Shown here: positions 60,601 to 64,000 of the stretch, piece by piece
Numbering within the stretch: the first letter of the stretch is position 1
How the letters are laid out: each line of letters begins with the position of its first letter
Origin: a virus
Length of the DNA: 64,000 nucleotides
IMG/VR virus record: IMGVR_UViG_3300005805_000047
Coordinates: 86,898 to 150,897 of that record
Direction: 5' to 3' (one strand)
Translations under genes and position numbers: made by a program
Notes under the pieces: generated by a model
The model's input: only the letters and a program-made list of their open reading frames with translations
Database searches by the model: none
What the model was told of the DNA's origin: nothing

Positions 60601-62060
60601 GCCTGTGGAGCAGTGGGCATTGTGGGGGCAATATTTACCCTGTTCAGTGCCTCATAGGTAATATTCCTGACTTGCTGGAGGTTGTTTGCTCCACCGGTGG
60701 CGGCAGTGAAACCCCAGTAGGCATTTCCAGTAGTGAATAGTGAACCTAGATCAATGGTTACGGCATCGTAAACAAGTTCGCCAGAGTCGGATAAATCCCC
60801 ATCTGCGTTCTTGTCAAGGAACACGCTGAGTTCTTCTGTTTCCGAATCCCAGAACAGTTTGAAATATCTCCACTGATTGTCTTCAATATTGGACAGTTCT
60901 ACTGGTGCATACACACCAGACTGCGAACCATCTGCACCAGCAGGCCATTGAGTGCCCGCATAGTGATTGGTGTTGCCGTTGTACATCAGGCCGATATGGT
61001 CGGAAGTCGGATCGCTGTTTTGCCAAGTGTCAAACTCAAGAGCAAATGAAGGGGTTATTCCTGCATACCCCAACCCCCCACCCGTGCTTCCAGCAGCAAC
61101 CGAGTTTGGTTGCATAACGAATGCAAGACCATCGGCTCCACCGTCGTTTGAACCAAGATAAACCTCAGCCAGAACGCAGAAATCGTCTGATGTGTCAAAC
61201 CTGGCTTTATTCCATATTGCACCGAACTGATTCCCAGAAGCTTGGGTTAGGCGGAAAGTGTCAGGAGAGGAACTTGCCAAGACCCCCGACCCACCATAGG
61301 CATAGTTGCTTGCAGTTGTTGACGTCGCGCAAGCAGAGCCATCAAGTGGTGCGGGGGGAACGGTGGTCGTTGTGGTTGTGGTGGTCGTAGTGGAGCTCGT
61401 TGTGGTGGTTGTGGTAGTTGCAGAATTAATTTCAACAGCATTCAGACCAACACACGGAGATGCCCCAGCGCCAGCAGAGCAGGCTTGCCAGCCGAGCGAT
61501 GAAGACCATCCGGTTGCGGCATTTCCAGTTTTTGAACTGAATTCTGTGTTTGAAAGCAATTCAACCCCATCAAGCTTTAGGGATGCTGACTCGACTTGGG
61601 TTCCGTAACTTCCTGCCCAAAACTCTCCGTCGCGTCCAATTACGGATAAACGAACACTTGCCACGCTTGACCAACCAGCCCCTACGCCAGCCGCTGTTAC
61701 AGTTAGCGAGTAGTTGTTAAATGTCCCACCGTCTGTCAGGCTGAGGTATCCGGTGCTGTGTGAGTAGATTCCACCACCGCCCTGCCCGTAGAGGTTGATG
61801 GCTATGGCAAGTACATCCGAGGATGCTTTCCAGTCTTGAACCTCGGCAGCCGAAACAGTGGCTGTAAGTGTTGATGCGGTTGACCAATCGGTAGGGACAC
61901 TCACCTCTTGGTATACGGAAGCCTCCGAATACGCAAAAATCAGTTTGTTTCCATCGGCTGCTTCTGCCACGGGGAGCACAAAGCGTGGAGAAGCAATGAA
62001 CAAAGCCAGGAATGACAGTGCTGATACAATAGGAAATAGCCGACTTCGACGGAATTTCAA
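57615..62060 (-). CDS. Large exported, membrane-anchored protein: L-type lectin, Ig/cadherin-like, beta-helix, FN3, acidic stalk, C-terminal TMs (start uncertain)
   Basis: Signal peptide; GADGLAF/EFDT/GFTAATGG lectin motifs; GTLRWAI..AN beta-helix cap; D/E-rich stalk; C-terminal hydrophobic helices. Confidence 0.8.
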   Translation of the reverse strand: MKFRRSRLFPIVSALSFLALFIASPRFVLPVAEAADGNKLIFAYSEASVYQEVSVPTDWSTASTLTATVSAAEVQDWKASSDVLAIAINLYGQGGGGIYSHSTGYLSLTDGGTFNNYSLTVTAAGVGAGWSSVASVRLSVIGRDGEFWAGSYGTQVESASLKLDGVELLSNTEFSSKTGNAATGWSSSLGWQACSAGAGASPCVGLNAVEINSATTTTTTTSSTTTTTTTTTTVPPAPLDGSACATSTTASNYAYGGSGVLASSSPDTFRLTQASGNQFGAIWNKARFDTSDDFCVLAEVYLGSNDGGADGLAFVMQPNSVAAGSTGGGLGYAGITPSFALEFDTWQNSDPTSDHIGLMYNGNTNHYAGTQWPAGADGSQSGVYAPVELSNIEDNQWRYFKLFWDSETEELSVFLDKNADGDLSDSGELVYDAVTIDLGSLFTTGNAYWGFTAATGGANNLQQVRNITYEALNRVNIAPTMPTAPQATTIQATTTGTVPFVLNDDSTTSSQWTFTTSSSDTSVVPNNAISVAMSSATQGQVSITPAYGSGGSSTITLNATDADGTTITVSFVVTVTAAPNALIVTSLADTNTSGTLRWAITQANAQSGEMYDAIEITTQGTITLTSDLPAITQGVTIAGTGMNTTIIDGNNLYRAIYNSGSRTIVIADMTFKQGKNVSWNGGLIYNSSGTMTFNRIKISNHSSWAFYQGNGGVTTFNNSQFANNGYVITSDHGNTPSSLSLVDTDYSNRIYINDSVFTSNTYGIRTERFTKIQNSQFTGNTYGAVLNGLNRQQVINSTFTNNTGAAVYFSSWIPTSWTPGAGNQTVSGSSFNGNNVAIQFANSFNNGAVVNNGVSANSWSASTNNTFGATSSNTTNYSGSGYVSTGDTITVPTICSPRNLVVAESGNNIVLDWDAPNCGTRQPERYAIFFTTGNLAGWGVATGNVGDANALNTEYTFAQSYFNGFNVPAGSTWRFSVRSDNDTLGLYSDRTNDVSIVIGTPPTTTTTTSTTTTTSTTVPQETSTTVPQDTDGGQPDNTTGPGTTTPAEEESTTTTPPVETQPEDESSQTTIPENQEPVSPDDSNPDEVDPNLPEEGQDGQDSDPQTDPNLQPDESVEPDTEDSTQQEQEQPQDQEQSEESPQETLPAEVVEQVNEIIEDLDNYSNDELVNAVQDIIEELPADQAADVVFDIIEDLSSEETEDFVSGVIDELAEEEVAEFVNELIDEIADTANVDELTDEAKEQIVAVVEAVIAGGITEDVAETLASNAAVLESVSTDQAEQVFDQVEAEQLTEDVAEAIVDAVQEAPSEIREVFEEVVDLFQGAFDGYKMLGQTITVGERRTVVAVAALTTAVAGATATGALGGPSGGSGSPSGGPNSGGPSGTNDAARKEEEEEANGEIAGDGVEWIRNISVFKYVGGVRVLDKKSFGKKFVYGVMNLGFTLAGSLVVYLTLSGPIQVIAGISTVVAFGAAMWLHMKEPE

Positions 62061-62154
62061 GACTTGCCCCTCTCTGAATTCCAGTGGAAAATTGTAACAT
62101 CGCAGTCGTCTTTGGGGTGAAGGAAAATAATGTAAGGTCTTCTGCGGAGGAAAC

Positions 62155-62925
62155 ATGGCCGGTGCAGGTGTAAGAGTTTTTCAACCAGGTGAGGTGCTTA
62201 CTGCCGCACTGGTAAACACGTATCTCCAAGATCAAGTCGTATGTCGTTTTGATGATGTCTCAGACAGAGATAGTTCATTTGGTGGCGCTGGACAACCGAC
62301 ACTTGAAGAGGGTCGTATTTGTTATTTAGATTCGACCAATGCCCTCCAATATTTTGATGGCACGTCTTGGGTAACCATTACCCCAGAAGCAATTACTGCA
62401 GAAATTGATGCAAAGGGCGACCTTGTTGTTGGTACTGCACCAAGCACAATCACAAGACTTCCCGTAGGCGCAAATGGACTGGTCCTTACTGCCGACTCCA
62501 CGACTGCTACTGGACTTATATGGAGCACAGTCAGTGTTGCCGACAACACTATAACCACGGCAAAAATAGTCAACGGCGCGGTTACCTCTGACAAGCTTGC
62601 CGATTTGGTCATTGATCGAAAAACTGCAAACTACACACTGGTCATAGGGGATAAAAATAAGTTAATTGAAATGGATTTGGCTGGCTCAAACACTGTCACT
62701 GTCCCAACAAACTCTGGTGCTGGCTCGGTCGCATTTCCAATTGGGACCCAAATTGATATTGTTCAGTTGGGTGCCGGCAAGACTCAAGTTGTAGCGGCAA
62801 CACCAGGCACAACAAGTATTCGATCCACACCAGGTTCATATCTTCGGGCTCAATATTCATCAGCGACGCTCGTGAAGAGAGCGGCTGAGGAGTGGTACTT
62901 GATTGGTGACTTGAGTGCAACATGA
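62155..62925 (+). CDS. Tail/virion structural protein
   Basis: F..GEVLTAA.VNTYL, AKGDL..GT, FPIGTQI...Q.GAG, W.L.GDL patterns typical of phage tail-associated genes. Confidence 0.7.
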   Translation: MAGAGVRVFQPGEVLTAALVNTYLQDQVVCRFDDVSDRDSSFGGAGQPTLEEGRICYLDSTNALQYFDGTSWVTITPEAITAEIDAKGDLVVGTAPSTITRLPVGANGLVLTADSTTATGLIWSTVSVADNTITTAKIVNGAVTSDKLADLVIDRKTANYTLVIGDKNKLIEMDLAGSNTVTVPTNSGAGSVAFPIGTQIDIVQLGAGKTQVVAATPGTTSIRSTPGSYLRAQYSSATLVKRAAEEWYLIGDLSAT

Positions 62926-64000
62926 TTCTTGGAAACTCCGCTAGTGGCGGAAAATACGCCGACGAACCAACTGGAGTAAGTGCTACTGCTGGAAACAGCC
63001 AAGCAACAGTCTCATTCTCTCTTCCTGTCTATGATGGCAAGGGCGAGGCAACGTATGTGGTTACGGCAAGTCCGGGTGGAGCAACAGCATCGGGATCTTC
63101 ATCCCCAATTGTTGTCACTGGTCTATCCAATGGGACGGCATATACATTTACCGTCACAACAGTTACTGGATATGGTGTAAGCAAAACATCCGTTGCATCA
63201 AACAGTGTTACCCCTATTGTCCCACCAGTTACCCCACCAGTTACCCCACCAGTTACTCCTGCTCAATGTCCACCGCCTGGTTCACCAGCAAATGAAACAA
63301 CGGCGACCACATATTGCACCAGGTCACCTGCTACACAATGTGTGTCGGGAAGCCTTTACGGTCCTGGTGGTGCGAATTACGACCCGATCGGTTTCACCTG
63401 CAACGGACAAACATCATTCATGTATTACTGCCAAGGATGCGGTCTTGGGGAGGGCGGTTATGAAGGCGGATATTTTGGCGCACTTCGAGACGGCTGTTGT
63501 GGCTATACGTCCCCAGTTACGGCTCCAGTCGGCCCAGTTGATCCAGTTGATCCATGCGCAGGGAACACTTGCATCCTTGTTATCAGCTCTGCAGAAAACT
63601 GCATTGACGAATGCGGAAACGCCGGCATTCGACTTTATGATGGTTACCTCCCATCAATTTTTGGTTGTCAAGATTTGTGTCCGACAGTTTACGGCCCATG
63701 CATTGCGTCGACCAATTGCGGTACACCAACCAATAACGGAGAAGGTGCATCTGGCGGAAATGGATGGAACTGGGTTACGAAAAATACCTATATTCCAACT
63801 CAGGGTGGCGTCTGCACGGATACAAGTCTTTACTCTGGTTCTGTCTGGTATGAATACTCCAAGTGCGGATGTTCAAACTACAATCTATTTATTTCATGTA
63901 TCCCCGCACAAGGTCAGCCAGTTCAGCCACCGGTTGAGCCAGTTCAGCCACCGGTTGAGCCAGTTCAGCCACCGGTTGAGCCAGTTCAGCCACCGGTTGA
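62922..64000 (+). CDS. FN3 + Cys-rich + Pro-repeat virion/surface protein (3' truncated; absent from ORF track)
   Basis: ATG at 62922, open to the window end; PTGVSATAGN...GLSNGTAYTFTV FN3; many Cys. Confidence 0.8.
   Translation, partial: MILGNSASGGKYADEPTGVSATAGNSQATVSFSLPVYDGKGEATYVVTASPGGATASGSSSPIVVTGLSNGTAYTFTVTTVTGYGVSKTSVASNSVTPIVPPVTPPVTPPVTPAQCPPPGSPANETTATTYCTRSPATQCVSGSLYGPGGANYDPIGFTCNGQTSFMYYCQGCGLGEGGYEGGYFGALRDGCCGYTSPVTAPVGPVDPVDPCAGNTCILVISSAENCIDECGNAGIRLYDGYLPSIFGCQDLCPTVYGPCIASTNCGTPTNNGEGASGGNGWNWVTKNTYIPTQGGVCTDTSLYSGSVWYEYSKCGCSNYNLFISCIPAQGQPVQPPVEPVQPPVEPVQPPVEPVQPPV
63918..64000 (+). repeat. 21-bp coding tandem repeat (PVQPPVE)n
   Basis: CCAGTTCAGCCACCGGTTGAG about 4 times, running off the end. 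Confidence 0.9.

Noticed and set aside
1-64000. Stop-codon reassignment
   Set aside because: Recognisable genes are intact under the standard code, end in TAA, TAG or TGA, and no suppressor tRNA was found.

Overview
This window looks like a 64-kb segment of a large tailed dsDNA phage. The host is inferred to be an actinobacterium, probably Acidimicrobiia-like, from the WhiB, the actinobacterial-type SSB and ferredoxin, and the leaderless genes. No rRNA, integrase or CRISPR array was seen. From left to right it carries: the end of a tail-fibre-like gene; a ferredoxin; a DNA-modification cluster (two amino-MTases, an Fe/2OG dioxygenase, SAM decarboxylase, an MT-A70 MTase); about 1 kb of non-coding DNA; a 3152-aa multidomain 'polyvalent' protein; about 32 kb of small accessory genes with two tRNAs, SSB, a SNF2 helicase, an Ltp-like protein and a MoxR/VWA pair; a replication-initiator/helicase-loader-like module; four tRNAs, WhiB, a proteasome-beta-like protease and a phosphoesterase; lysis genes; and large surface or tail genes. 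Three signals stand out. (1) The giant protein's domains are separated by seven copies of a (D/E)-(G/A)-F-A-S-x-(G/S) motif, suggesting a virion polyprotein cut into eight effectors. (2) About 40 copies of a phage-specific promoter-like element (GCGCCG-N4-ATGA-N8-[-10 box]) occur across the accessory region, many of them 33-35 nt upstream of leaderless ATGs. (3) Eleven co-oriented GACGGTGG-NN-GATGA-like sites cluster around the replication module. All family calls come from motif recognition by eye, not from database searches.
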